Below, piece after piece: positions 46,406-55,997 of a DNA stretch of 64,000 nucleotides. The translations under genes and the position numbers were made by a program. The notes under the pieces were generated by a model. The model was not told where the DNA came from. It searched no databases and was given only the letters and a program-made list of their open reading frames with translations. The number at the start of each line of letters is the position of its first letter. Within the stretch, counting starts at the first letter, position 1. This DNA is from an uncultured Bacteriovoracaceae bacterium. GTDB taxonomy: Bacteria > Bdellovibrionota > UBA2394. Location: positions 37,624-101,623 of the forward strand of contig CAZRCG010000006.1 in assembly GCA_964598565.1 (NCBI GenBank). Direction: 5' to 3'.

Positions 46406-47182
46406 TCAGAGTCCCATGATATGAAATCCAGAGTCGGCGTAAATGACTTCGCCCGTGATTGATCGAGACTTATCTGATGCTAAAAACGCTGCCAAATCTC
46501 CGACCTCATCGATGGTAACATTTTTTCGTAAGGGCGCCTTTTCTTCAACTTTCGAAAGCATGGAACGAAAATCTTTCACACCACTTGCCGCCAAAGTACG
46601 AATGGGCCCGGCTGAAATTGCATTCACTCGAATGCCATGAGGCCCTCCATCAGCCGCTAAATACCGAACCGACGCCTCCAGACCTGCCTTAGCCACCCCC
46701 ATCACATTATAATTGGGAATCACTCTCTCGGCTCCGTAGTACGACAGAGTAACGACCGAGCCCTTGGCATAACGTAGAGGCTCCCACAGAGCCTGGCAGG
46801 CTCCCACTAAAGAATAGACAGAAATATCCATCGCCATTTGGAATCCGGCTCTCGAGGTCATGACAAAATCTCTTTCTAAATCGGCTCGATCTGCAAAGGC
46901 CACGGAGTGTATTAAAATGTCCAGTCGGTTGTCCCATACGGCCTTCACGGCTTGACCTAAACGCCGAAGATCATCGTCGCTCGAAACATCACATTTCTCG
47001 CAAAGTTTGACGCCCCATTCATCCGCCAGCGGCTTCACGCGCTTCTCCATCGCTTCTAAATAGGTCAACCCTAGCTCGGCACCTTGTTCCTTTAAGGCCT
47101 GCGCAATTCCAAACGCGATGCTTCGCTCATTCGCCAAGCCCATGATCAACGCTCGCTTTCCTTGTAGATTCATGGCTCCCAT
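46406..47182 (-). CDS. fabI: Enoyl-[acyl-carrier-protein] reductase (NADH)
   Basis: LQGKRALIMGLANERSIAFGIAQAL N-terminus and SDR-like catalytic region; 258 aa. Confidence 0.92.
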   Translation of the reverse strand: MGAMNLQGKRALIMGLANERSIAFGIAQALKEQGAELGLTYLEAMEKRVKPLADEWGVKLCEKCDVSSDDDLRRLGQAVKAVWDNRLDILIHSVAFADRADLERDFVMTSRAGFQMAMDISVYSLVGACQALWEPLRYAKGSVVTLSYYGAERVIPNYNVMGVAKAGLEASVRYLAADGGPHGIRVNAISAGPIRTLAASGVKDFRSMLSKVEEKAPLRKNVTIDEVGDLAAFLASDKSRSITGEVIYADSGFHIMGL

Positions 47183-47221
47183 TGAACATAGGATGAGGTC
47201 GTCTGTAAAGAGTCCAGGGAC

Positions 47222-48457
47222 TTAATCCCAGAGAATACTCTCTTCTGAATAGGCTTTTGTCGCTGAGGACAGCCTCTTTCGATACTCTGGATAACGCAAC
47301 AGAAAATCGAGAATGAGATCGCGTCGCCACTCCAACAAATAAAGATCGGTCTTTGCCATCCAAGTCGACAAAAAATTTCGGCTGCCCAAGTAATCATTCA
47401 AGCCCACAAAATCGCCTGCAATTCTGATATCGCCCGCCCCAGACTCAAGCGATTCTTCTACTCGCCCCTGAACAATAAAGTACAATCGATCGGCGCGCTG
47501 ACCACCTTTCGCTAAAGCACGATCTTTAGGAATATTCGTCGCAAGCGCGGCATCATATAAATCGACCAAGGCCTCTTGAGAGAATGGCTTGAACAGCTCG
47601 TGATCTTTTAAACATGATAGATAGAGTCGCCTTTCGTACATTTGATAGAATCGCTCTTTCAAATGAGGAAAATCGGAAAGCAACGAACGAAAAAGTCCTC
47701 TTTCAAATCGAAGGACGGCCGAAGGGCTCCAGGCGATGACACGACTTTGCCGTTGCACTCCTGAAAAGAAAGTGAGATCTCCAAAAAAATCTTCGGGCTT
47801 CAATGTGATAGAGCCGCTTTCTTTTTGCTTTTCAAGATCGCCTTCCAATACTAAATAAAAAGCATCGGGTTGATCTCCCCTATCAAAGACGATCTGTTCG
47901 GCATGTAGGGTTTTGTAATCTGATCGATGAATCAAAATTTCTAGCTCTTGAGGCTTAAACTGAGAGAATATAGAGAAGGCCCGTGGTGGCGTCACCGGTG
48001 ATAACAAACGGGACATTGAAAAATCCTCTGTCTCAAACGATATCGAGGCCTTAATTTCTTGAAATGGGGTGGGCGGCGGAAGCGTATCATCCGTTTTTCG
48101 AGTCTGACGTCGTTGCCCGAAAGCGCGTGCAAACTGCGACAGCAGGTCTGACGCTTCTACCTCAGAGCCCGCACGCTGACGCAACCAATGATAGACACGT
48201 AGAGCTGCAGGGGCCATCCCCAGCTTGATATACCCTTCACCCGCAAGCTTGGCGTAGTGCAAGGCCTTGTCGTGAATATCAGCGACCTGAGGTGACTCTC
48301 TCTCAAGCAAATAATAAATTTGAGCGAGGTCTTCTGCCAAACGACAACCTTCGACAGGATCATCGGCATCGGCCAGTCGATTACGCATTTCGCTTAACGC
48401 AAACTCCAGATCGCCTTGATCCACCAAAGCTTGCGTTGACTTCAAAACAAAGGCCAC
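47222..48457 (-). CDS. Tandem cyclic-nucleotide-binding (CAP-type) domain protein without recognised output domain
   Basis: Two cNMP-binding-like beta-roll segments (FGDLTFFSG..., GDFVGLNDYLG...) after a helical N-terminal region. Confidence 0.7.
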   Translation of the reverse strand: MAFVLKSTQALVDQGDLEFALSEMRNRLADADDPVEGCRLAEDLAQIYYLLERESPQVADIHDKALHYAKLAGEGYIKLGMAPAALRVYHWLRQRAGSEVEASDLLSQFARAFGQRRQTRKTDDTLPPPTPFQEIKASISFETEDFSMSRLLSPVTPPRAFSIFSQFKPQELEILIHRSDYKTLHAEQIVFDRGDQPDAFYLVLEGDLEKQKESGSITLKPEDFFGDLTFFSGVQRQSRVIAWSPSAVLRFERGLFRSLLSDFPHLKERFYQMYERRLYLSCLKDHELFKPFSQEALVDLYDAALATNIPKDRALAKGGQRADRLYFIVQGRVEESLESGAGDIRIAGDFVGLNDYLGSRNFLSTWMAKTDLYLLEWRRDLILDFLLRYPEYRKRLSSATKAYSEESILWD

Positions 48458-48571
48458 GTGAATCCCCCCTTTTTATTGTGCCAGAAGTCCTGCTAAAGTT
48501 CTCAGATGGCCCAGCAATCTCCTAAAAGCAGTGGCATAGCCGCTCGTTCTCACCGCTCTGCACCGAAGCGA

Positions 48572-49528
48572 ATGGCCCATCGGTTCGCAGGGGCGGCGCG
48601 TCACCTGGTGATTGTGGGGCAAGGACCCTGGGGATCCGCACTTCATAAACTTTGGCAATCTAAGTTTGAAAGTGCCCAATTTCTACACTCTCAATCGAAC
48701 TCCACGCAGTGGTCTGCGGTCTTCAACAGCGCCACCGTGGCAGTGCTGGCCTGTCCCTTTCGTGCTCTGCCTTCGATTGTGGCGCAACTCAAAGATCGAC
48801 CAATAGCTCTGGTAATCAATGCCTCTAAAGGCATTGACCCGAAGAGCTTGAGCCCCTTTTCAAGTTTTGCGCCCAAAAGCTTGGCGTGTCCGATACTGTC
48901 CTTATCAGGGCCCACGTTTGCCGCAGAAATTCTTCAGCATAAGCCGGCTGCCGCTGTGATGGCTTCTCGAAATTTTGACTTGGCTAAGCACTGGGCCCAT
49001 AAACTTTCATCCCCTGATCTGCGGCTTTATGCTAGTGAAGATCCCCAAGGTGTCGAGGCATGTGGAGCCTTGAAGAATGTCTTGGCGATAGCCTGCGGTC
49101 TTTCCGACGGATTAAAATTAGGTCAGAATGCTCGAGCGGCTCTTCTGACTCGCGGACTTCGAGAACTACAGATTCTTTCTACCTTTTTGGGAGGTCAGGC
49201 GACGACGGCATTTGGTTTGGCGGGTATTGGAGATCTTTGGCTCACGGCCACAGGCGACCTCAGTCGCAATCGCCAGGTGGGTTTACGTTTAGCAAAGGGA
49301 ATGACGGTGGAAGAAGCTCAGCAGGATATAGGGTCCACCTGTGAAGGTCCCTTCACCTTGCTGCACGTCATGAAACTGGCGAAGAAATTCAAGCTGGATC
49401 TACCCATTACAAAAGAGGTTTTTTCAATTTGCTACCGAGGCAAAGAGCCCCGACAAAGTTTACACGATCTTATGACTCGCGCGCCACGCCGCGAGGAGAC
49501 CATTGTTTCGCCAAAACGTCGAAAATAG
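48572..49528 (+). CDS. gpsA: Glycerol-3-phosphate dehydrogenase [NAD(P)+]
   Basis: LVIVGQGPWGSALH dinucleotide-binding N-terminus, GALKNVLAIACGLSDGL core; start refined to internal ATG. Confidence 0.9.
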   Translation: MAHRFAGAARHLVIVGQGPWGSALHKLWQSKFESAQFLHSQSNSTQWSAVFNSATVAVLACPFRALPSIVAQLKDRPIALVINASKGIDPKSLSPFSSFAPKSLACPILSLSGPTFAAEILQHKPAAAVMASRNFDLAKHWAHKLSSPDLRLYASEDPQGVEACGALKNVLAIACGLSDGLKLGQNARAALLTRGLRELQILSTFLGGQATTAFGLAGIGDLWLTATGDLSRNRQVGLRLAKGMTVEEAQQDIGSTCEGPFTLLHVMKLAKKFKLDLPITKEVFSICYRGKEPRQSLHDLMTRAPRREETIVSPKRRK

Positions 49529-50132
49529 ATTTCCACACGGTGAGTTCCGACTTGAAGGTGCCATCAAGAGCCTTGCGAAACTCGTCCCAGTTTTGCGACC
49601 CTAAATAGAAATGGATCTGAACCAACTGGTACTGCATTCGCGTAATCGATTCCATGAGGTCTGTCTTAGACCATTTTTCACGATTCGCCTCGACATCGCC
49701 CAACGATTGAGCACCCATCATCAACTGAATCAACCACTCCAAGAGAGCCGTCATTTCAATCACACGCTCATGAGCTTCTTCAAACTGACTATTGTTCATA
49801 AACGTCTGCACATCGTCACAATCTTGTACCAATACCTGACATATCGAGGGCGCCGATTGAAGCGACTCGCGAAACAGATCGTCCACATTGCGCGTTCTCA
49901 GCACCACACGACCCAGATCTTTCACGAATTGACTATTTAACTGCTCCTCTTCAGAAATATCGATCGATCGATCATCCACAAAAATCTCCGCAAGAACTCG
50001 ATCGGCGGACAATGAGCCACGAATCTGATCAGAGATCAAACCAAAGGTGAGATTTGAATCAAACTCTTTCAATTCTCCGTCTATCTCTATCGACTTCAAT
50101 GTTGATTCCATACTGTAATTTCCTCCGCGCAA
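49470..50132 (-). CDS. Hypothetical protein
   Basis: 220-aa ORF, helical, no recognised motifs; 3' end overlaps gpsA 3' end. Confidence 0.4.
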   Translation of the reverse strand: MRGGNYSMESTLKSIEIDGELKEFDSNLTFGLISDQIRGSLSADRVLAEIFVDDRSIDISEEEQLNSQFVKDLGRVVLRTRNVDDLFRESLQSAPSICQVLVQDCDDVQTFMNNSQFEEAHERVIEMTALLEWLIQLMMGAQSLGDVEANREKWSKTDLMESITRMQYQLVQIHFYLGSQNWDEFRKALDGTFKSELTVWKSIFDVLAKQWSPRGVARES

Positions 50133-50145
50133 AAACCCCTTGTGT

Positions 50146-50505
50146 TTATCCCCGTGCCTTTAGTCGCTGCCCCTTTTGACTACTGCTTTCCACCAACAAC
50201 TCTTTTTTGAGGGTCTCAAGAAATTTAAGATCCCTTTTTGTCTTCGAGTATTGATAGGCGACTAAACCTTTAATTTCCTCATCGAGGCCCTGAACCATGG
50301 ATATCGAATCGGCTGCCTTTAGGCGTAAAACCTCATCGAGATGGTGGGAGTTCTGCAGCGATGTTTCGAGACGGTGCAAAACAAGATCGCGATGCAACGT
50401 TGATTGTTCGAGCAAGACAGGATTACCAGAACGAGCGGCATCCAGTATTTGCACCGTCAATGTCACGATAGACTCTAAGTCATGTTTTAACTGCAAGGCT
50501 TCCAT
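50146..50505 (-). CDS. Hypothetical protein (small helical protein, weakly FlgN/chaperone-like)
   Basis: 119-aa ORF immediately upstream of the 220-aa hypothetical on the same strand. Confidence 0.4.
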   Translation of the reverse strand: MEALQLKHDLESIVTLTVQILDAARSGNPVLLEQSTLHRDLVLHRLETSLQNSHHLDEVLRLKAADSISMVQGLDEEIKGLVAYQYSKTKRDLKFLETLKKELLVESSSQKGQRLKARG

Positions 50506-50613
50506 ACCTACTTGACTATTCTAACATTGATCGCTCGATTGAGGAGATCTTCCTTTAACGAACCTTCATTGACACGCCGAGTCTTTCGAACTATCAGGCC
50601 TTGAGAGGCTGGC

Positions 50614-51747
50614 ATGGTGCATCAACAGGGCGATATTTTGGAAGTGACGATTGAAGGACTGGGATCTTTTGGTGAGGGCCTCGGGCGCGTCCAAAACACC
50701 GAGATTTTTGTTCCCAAAACGGCTCGTGGCGACAAGATCGAATGTCAGTTATTAGAACAGAAAAAAGGGCGATGGCGTGCTCGCCTCGTCAGACTGATTG
50801 AACCTGGGCCTTCGCGTGTACAGGCTCCCTGCAAACACTTTGATGCATGCGGAGGCTGTGATTTTCAGCATCTCGCGAACGACGAACAGCGCGCCTGGAA
50901 AATGCGCATCATCAAACATTGGATTCGACGTTCTCCCCTAGCCCCTCAGCTCGAATCGATAATATTCGATCAAATTACGTCACCTCACGCCTACCACTAT
51001 CGACATCGAGTGCGATTGCAAGTTCAAGACCATAAGCTCCATTTTTTTAAACCCCACTCTCATGACCTACTGCACCTTGAAGAATGCCCTATCTTGGTAG
51101 ACGGTTTCTTTGACGCTTTGAGTGATCGTGCCCGGTCTTTAGGCGATACCAAGAATTGGAATCAAAGCTATTCCAATCATGCCTTGGTCGACGACGCTGG
51201 ATATTATGAAATCGATGGATGCATGATTCGCTTTGGCCCTGATTGCTTCACTCAAGCCAATGAAAGTGTCAATCAACTCATGTGGCAGCGAATCAAGGAA
51301 GATGCTGTAGGCCAGCATTTCAGACGGCACGCGCTTGATTTATTCTGTGGCGTCGGAAATTTTTCACTGCCTCTGAAGACGATGTTTGAAAAGGTAACAG
51401 GCATTGAGAATTATGCCCCCGCGATTGAATGGGCTAAGAAAAATTCATCGGACATTGAATGGAAATGTATGGATTCTCATGACGGCGTCTTAGAGTTCAT
51501 TCGCGATAGAAGAGCCGTCGATTTTGTATTGCTCGATCCGCCCCGTCTGGGGGCCCTTCGTGAAATACAGGCCCTCAGTCAACTTATGCCGCCGATCATC
51601 GTTTACGTCTCGTGCCATCCTGAAACTTTGGTACGAGACCTTATCCAACTGCGTAAAAAATCGCCTTATAAAATCAAACGTTGGACAGTCGTTGATCTAT
51701 TTCCCCAGACGCATCATATCGAAAGCATTGTCACGCTCACTCTTTGA
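50614..51747 (+). CDS. 23S rRNA (uracil-C5)-methyltransferase, RlmD/RumA family (TRAM plus class I MTase)
   Basis: N-terminal TRAM, four Cys CKHFDACGGCDFQH, SAM motif LDLFCGVGNFSLPL, catalytic-Cys region VYVSCHPETL. Confidence 0.85.
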   Translation: MVHQQGDILEVTIEGLGSFGEGLGRVQNTEIFVPKTARGDKIECQLLEQKKGRWRARLVRLIEPGPSRVQAPCKHFDACGGCDFQHLANDEQRAWKMRIIKHWIRRSPLAPQLESIIFDQITSPHAYHYRHRVRLQVQDHKLHFFKPHSHDLLHLEECPILVDGFFDALSDRARSLGDTKNWNQSYSNHALVDDAGYYEIDGCMIRFGPDCFTQANESVNQLMWQRIKEDAVGQHFRRHALDLFCGVGNFSLPLKTMFEKVTGIENYAPAIEWAKKNSSDIEWKCMDSHDGVLEFIRDRRAVDFVLLDPPRLGALREIQALSQLMPPIIVYVSCHPETLVRDLIQLRKKSPYKIKRWTVVDLFPQTHHIESIVTLTL

Positions 51748-51759
51748 TATAATGAGGTC

Positions 51760-52290
51760 ATGGACAAAAGATCCTTTCTTCGGGGTATTTCCGAAGGCAT
51801 TCAGAACTCTGATGAGAGACCGATGCAGGCAGCCTTTCTGCTGTGGGCCGGACTATTTATTTTGGTGATCATTGCCATTTATATCATTCAGCTTAAGCGC
51901 ATGCACTTGAAGCACCTCTGGATTCGGTTGAAAAAACAGTTTCAAGGAGCCTTCGTCACTACCAATCGCTACCGATTAAAAACCGAGGTGACGCTCGAGC
52001 TTCCCGGCTATGATTCTGAGTTGCTTCGCACATCCACCACCAACATGAGTAGCCACGGTATGTTTGTGAAATTGAATCCTCCCGCACAGATGGGTGAACG
52101 TCTGCGCTTTCATTTGTTTTTAGAGACTGGACTCACGATTTCGGGTGATGGAGAGGTGAGATGGGTTCAAGATGGCTGGTCGGAGCACCATCCCACCGGC
52201 ATCGGTATAAAATTTCTTAATATTCCTGCGGAGCAAGAGAATCGACTGCGCCTCTGGATTCAGAAGAAAAAGCTGAAGCGAGCCGCGTAG
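51760..52290 (+). CDS. Membrane-anchored PilZ-domain protein
   Basis: N-terminal TM (AAFLLWAGLFILVIIAIYII), then NRYRL and TTNMSSHGMFV PilZ-like motifs. Confidence 0.6.
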   Translation: MDKRSFLRGISEGIQNSDERPMQAAFLLWAGLFILVIIAIYIIQLKRMHLKHLWIRLKKQFQGAFVTTNRYRLKTEVTLELPGYDSELLRTSTTNMSSHGMFVKLNPPAQMGERLRFHLFLETGLTISGDGEVRWVQDGWSEHHPTGIGIKFLNIPAEQENRLRLWIQKKKLKRAA

Positions 52291-52944
52291 AGATTTGAGG
52301 GTACTTTTTTCTACTTCAGACTCTAAAGTAGCTCTCTATTTTTGCCGAACCGTAATATTGAACTGCCATCAGGCGAATTGATTTTAGGATATAGCGCGAC
52401 TGAGGCGCAGTTATCTCTGCGACGGCGTCCTTTGGGCTTTGCTGGTTCAGTTCTTCTTGTTTCTCATGCGAACTTTCCTCTAGATGAACCGCCTTCAACT
52501 TTGGCGTGTTGACTGTGGCCGGAAAAGGTCAATTTCGAGAGAATAGCTCTCTAATACCCTTAGCAGCTGAGACTATTACAAAATGGTTTTCTGATATTGA
52601 GTCTGGTCTTCAGAACGCTATCAATGACGGCCCATCTTCAGACATTGCAGACTATCAACCGAGACTTCTCATTTATGCGACCAGCTATCGACGGCAGTCG
52701 ATACACCCATTATGGGGGTCCTTTCAGAACACGTTATAAATTATTCAGTCTTGGTTTCCGCACTTGAAGATTCCGTCAAACTCAACAAAAGCTTGAGTGC
52801 GGCCACACAGGACCCTGTAACGGTTGTGAATTCAGTGATGAATACGAGTGGGCCTGCGGCCTGTGATTTGCCCTGAGGCAATCGGGTGAGTATAGGGCAC
52901 AGGCATGGAGCACGCTCCTTGGTCGTTTCAACCTTTAATCACAA

Positions 52945-53814
52945 TTAAAAAACTTTTCTAACTTCGTCTTCCACCGCGACGACGAGATCGGCCTTACGAG
53001 CTATACTTGGTTTCAAGCCAGCTTGTCTAACAACAGCGGCCGTGGTGGCTCCCAGCGTAACGAAACGAGCTCGCAGGCTTGTTAAGCGGCGCACTGAAAC
53101 ACTAGACACAAGGGCCTTAAACGCCGAAGGGCTGGTCACCACAAAAATGAAGTTGCGTGAGAGACTCGTGGTATCATCGTGACGATCGAGGCTACTGCGC
53201 CGACTGGGGAGACTGTAACCACGATGCCGACTCGAAAGTTTAAGCCGGCCGTGACGACTTAAGCGTCTGCGCTGATCTATATAATCTCTCAATCGCGATT
53301 GAATCGCCACGAGGCTGGTCTCGTAGTGGATACCCTCCTCCACGAGCAGCGGAGAGCCTCGCTTTCCACGCAAGCCACACTGCAACCATGGTTCGGCGAG
53401 CGACGAATGCGGATACAGCAGTGTTCCACGTAGAGTCTTTACCAGACGAAGAACGCCCTTCTGATCGCTTTGCTGAAGCACGGTGAGCCGACTCCAAAAT
53501 GCGGCCGCCTTAAATCTTTCTTTCAGAGCTTTGGCGGTTTGAGCGCCGATGGCAATGACGTGAGTGGCTTTCAAGGTCTTCGGCAAAAAATGGACCGCAC
53601 GTGCAGAAGTCACCAAGAGGTGATCATAGTGGCATTGCTTGGGTTTCCATGAGACTCGCTTGTACTTTAATACCGTAAACTCCTTAATAGAAAATCCCGA
53701 AGCCCTAGCCGCTTTCCGTAGTGAAGCCTTTAGGCTCTTCACTACGGTGGGCTTTCGAGGCCCCCTCAGGATGACGAGGAAAGTTTGTTTAGAATTTCTT
53801 TTGCGCCGTAGCAT
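52945..53814 (-). CDS. hemD: Uroporphyrinogen-III synthase with Arg/Ser-rich internal insertion (start uncertain)
   Basis: Two HemD-like half-domains (LLVTSARAV; FIFVVTSPSAF ... FVTLGATTAA); immediately downstream of hemC in a hemA-hemC-hemD operon. Confidence 0.7.
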   Translation of the reverse strand: MLRRKRNSKQTFLVILRGPRKPTVVKSLKASLRKAARASGFSIKEFTVLKYKRVSWKPKQCHYDHLLVTSARAVHFLPKTLKATHVIAIGAQTAKALKERFKAAAFWSRLTVLQQSDQKGVLRLVKTLRGTLLYPHSSLAEPWLQCGLRGKRGSPLLVEEGIHYETSLVAIQSRLRDYIDQRRRLSRHGRLKLSSRHRGYSLPSRRSSLDRHDDTTSLSRNFIFVVTSPSAFKALVSSVSVRRLTSLRARFVTLGATTAAVVRQAGLKPSIARKADLVVAVEDEVRKVF

Positions 53815-54695
53815 AAAAATCGATCGGCCAAGACCTCGCCCAAATCTTGGGCATAGCCCACAGGCGCCACGGCTCGGTCCATAAGAACCATGGTGCCATC
53901 AAGATTACCCACAAAGGCCTGAAGCCGCATTTGAAACTGCTCAATCTCGCACCAGGCTCCAATAGGCAAATGGCAGTCAGCGCCCAAGACTCGTAGAAAA
54001 GCTCGTTCGGCATCTACCGCTTGTCCGCTCTCGTCATGATGAATACGGCGAAGCTTGATACGTAAATCTTCATCGTCTGATCGACACTCCACCGCAATCG
54101 CACCTTGGCCGGGCGATGGAATAAAGAGACGAGGATCTAAATATTCTGTAATCTCATTTTCGAGACCCAAGCGCAGAAGACCCGCCGCTGCTAAAATGAG
54201 TCCGTCTACTTCTCCCTCTTTCATCTTTCGAATCCGAGTGTCGACATTGCCTCGAATAGGAACAATGGCAGATCGATTATCGATTGATCTTAAAAGGCTC
54301 GTACGACGCAAGCTTGAGGTTCCAATTTTCATGGTTTCATTGAACGCCGACAGGGGCCGACGATCTCGGCTTAAGAAAACGTCTCGCACCTCACCGCGCT
54401 CCACAATGGCAGCGAGAGCCAAACCATTTTGAGCCACCGTCGGATAATCTTTAAGACTATGCACACAAAAATCGACACGCTTTTCAATAAGAGCCTGTTG
54501 AAGCTCCTTCACATAAAGCCCTTTACCACCCTGCTCTGAAATTGAGATCGATGTATCATCGCCACTCGTTTTAATACCCACCACCGTAAAGTGGTCCTCC
54601 GGCCATCGTTCTTCCATCAACCATTGCACAAACTGAGCCTGCCAAAGAGCCAGCGGCGAAGCTCGCGTTCCTAAAATATAGGTTCGACTCGACAT
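53766..54695 (-). CDS. hemC: Hydroxymethylbilane synthase (porphobilinogen deaminase)
   Basis: ILGTRASPLALWQA N-terminus, cofactor-binding Cys region; 309 aa. Confidence 0.92.
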   Translation of the reverse strand: MSSRTYILGTRASPLALWQAQFVQWLMEERWPEDHFTVVGIKTSGDDTSISISEQGGKGLYVKELQQALIEKRVDFCVHSLKDYPTVAQNGLALAAIVERGEVRDVFLSRDRRPLSAFNETMKIGTSSLRRTSLLRSIDNRSAIVPIRGNVDTRIRKMKEGEVDGLILAAAGLLRLGLENEITEYLDPRLFIPSPGQGAIAVECRSDDEDLRIKLRRIHHDESGQAVDAERAFLRVLGADCHLPIGAWCEIEQFQMRLQAFVGNLDGTMVLMDRAVAPVGYAQDLGEVLADRFLCYGAKEILNKLSSSS

Positions 54696-54773
54696 TAGGT
54701 TATCTTATCCATCGTTCGCATTCTGGCTCAATCGTTATACCTTGGGTCGCGATTTCAAAACGCCCCTCTCACT

Positions 54774-55997
54774 CTAAACCTTAAAGAGGTGTCGAAAGTA
54801 AGACACCAGCCCCTCTCCTTCTCGATTATCCGACGTCTCAAGTTGCTGCTTCACGGTCTGCATGGGCTCCTGCAAGACTCGGTAAATCATTCGCTGCGCA
54901 GTCTTTTCAATCATTATCCAATCAGACTCGGAAAGATCCGACAATCGACTTCGCAACTCTTTCAACTCTTCTTGACGAATAACCTTCAACTTCTCTTCTA
55001 AACTCTCAAAGATATCTTGAAATAAGAAAGCTTTGAGAGACTGCCAAAAACGCTCGGTCTCTTGCTGAATAATGGTCTCAGCTCTATCAAGCTCAGCTTG
55101 GCGAAACGATCGATTCTCCTCAGCAATTTTTCGAAGGTCATCAATAGAAAAATGGTAATGATCTCCCCAGTCGGCAACATTCAAACTCGTCGGCACAGAC
55201 AAATCGATAAAGACCCGTTGAGACAGGCCTTCCAATTGCCGGGCATCTAAAGAAACTTCTGTGGAAGCCGCCGATACAATCACTTGAGCCTGACTAAGAA
55301 CGGAGGCGACATCTTGTGCTACGACTGCCTGAACTTTCTCAGCCCTAAGTTTTGCTACTAGATCATGGCTTATTTCCTGACGCCGACTGAGCAATAGCAA
55401 GCGCTGAGGCTGCAATGAGCCAAAGTACTCCGCGGCTAGGCGGCCCATATCGCCGAGTCCTACGACGGCCACTGTCTTGCGACTTAAATCTCCCACCACT
55501 TTCTCAGCCAGTTTCACTGCGATGGAGGGAATACTTACCGGAAATCGTCCCACTTCTGTTTCAGACCGAATCTTTTTTGCCACGCGAAAGGCCCTCTGAA
55601 AGAGTCGGTGAAGAATGGTACCCGCACTGCGACTTTCACTGGCACGTTCATAGGCCGCTTTGACCTGACCGATGATTTGTGTCTCACCCACTACCATCGA
55701 CTCCAAACTGGAAGCCACCCGAAACAAATGTCGGACAGCATCAAAATCTTGATAGCAAACAAAGGCCTCTTTGGATCCTACCAAGTCAGACCAGGCATTA
55801 ATAATTCGCTGAGAGTCCCCAGCGTCAAACGATACAATCTCAACGCGATTGCAGGTCGATATCTCCACAAACTCAGCGACCGATGGCAAAATGGAACTAC
55901 GAAGGTCGATCAGCGTTTGAAGCCCCTTCACGCGCATATCCAAACTGGCCTCTTGAAAATCGAGACCTACAATAGAAAGTCGACCCCTAAGTGTCAT
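54774..55997 (-). CDS. hemA: Glutamyl-tRNA reductase
   Basis: EISTCNRVEI catalytic-Cys motif, NAD(P)-binding VAVVGLGDMG. Confidence 0.92.
   Translation of the reverse strand: MTLRGRLSIVGLDFQEASLDMRVKGLQTLIDLRSSILPSVAEFVEISTCNRVEIVSFDAGDSQRIINAWSDLVGSKEAFVCYQDFDAVRHLFRVASSLESMVVGETQIIGQVKAAYERASESRSAGTILHRLFQRAFRVAKKIRSETEVGRFPVSIPSIAVKLAEKVVGDLSRKTVAVVGLGDMGRLAAEYFGSLQPQRLLLLSRRQEISHDLVAKLRAEKVQAVVAQDVASVLSQAQVIVSAASTEVSLDARQLEGLSQRVFIDLSVPTSLNVADWGDHYHFSIDDLRKIAEENRSFRQAELDRAETIIQQETERFWQSLKAFLFQDIFESLEEKLKVIRQEELKELRSRLSDLSESDWIMIEKTAQRMIYRVLQEPMQTVKQQLETSDNREGEGLVSYFRHLFKV

Noticed and set aside
52291-52944. Specific ncRNA identities (tmRNA, RNase P RNA, SRP/4.5S RNA) and the two small ORFs (52316-52498 minus, 52506-52739 plus) in the large intergenic gap
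   Set aside because: None of the hallmark conserved motifs of these RNAs is present, and the small ORFs lack start context or recognisable features; the gap is kept only as a generic candidate ncRNA locus.
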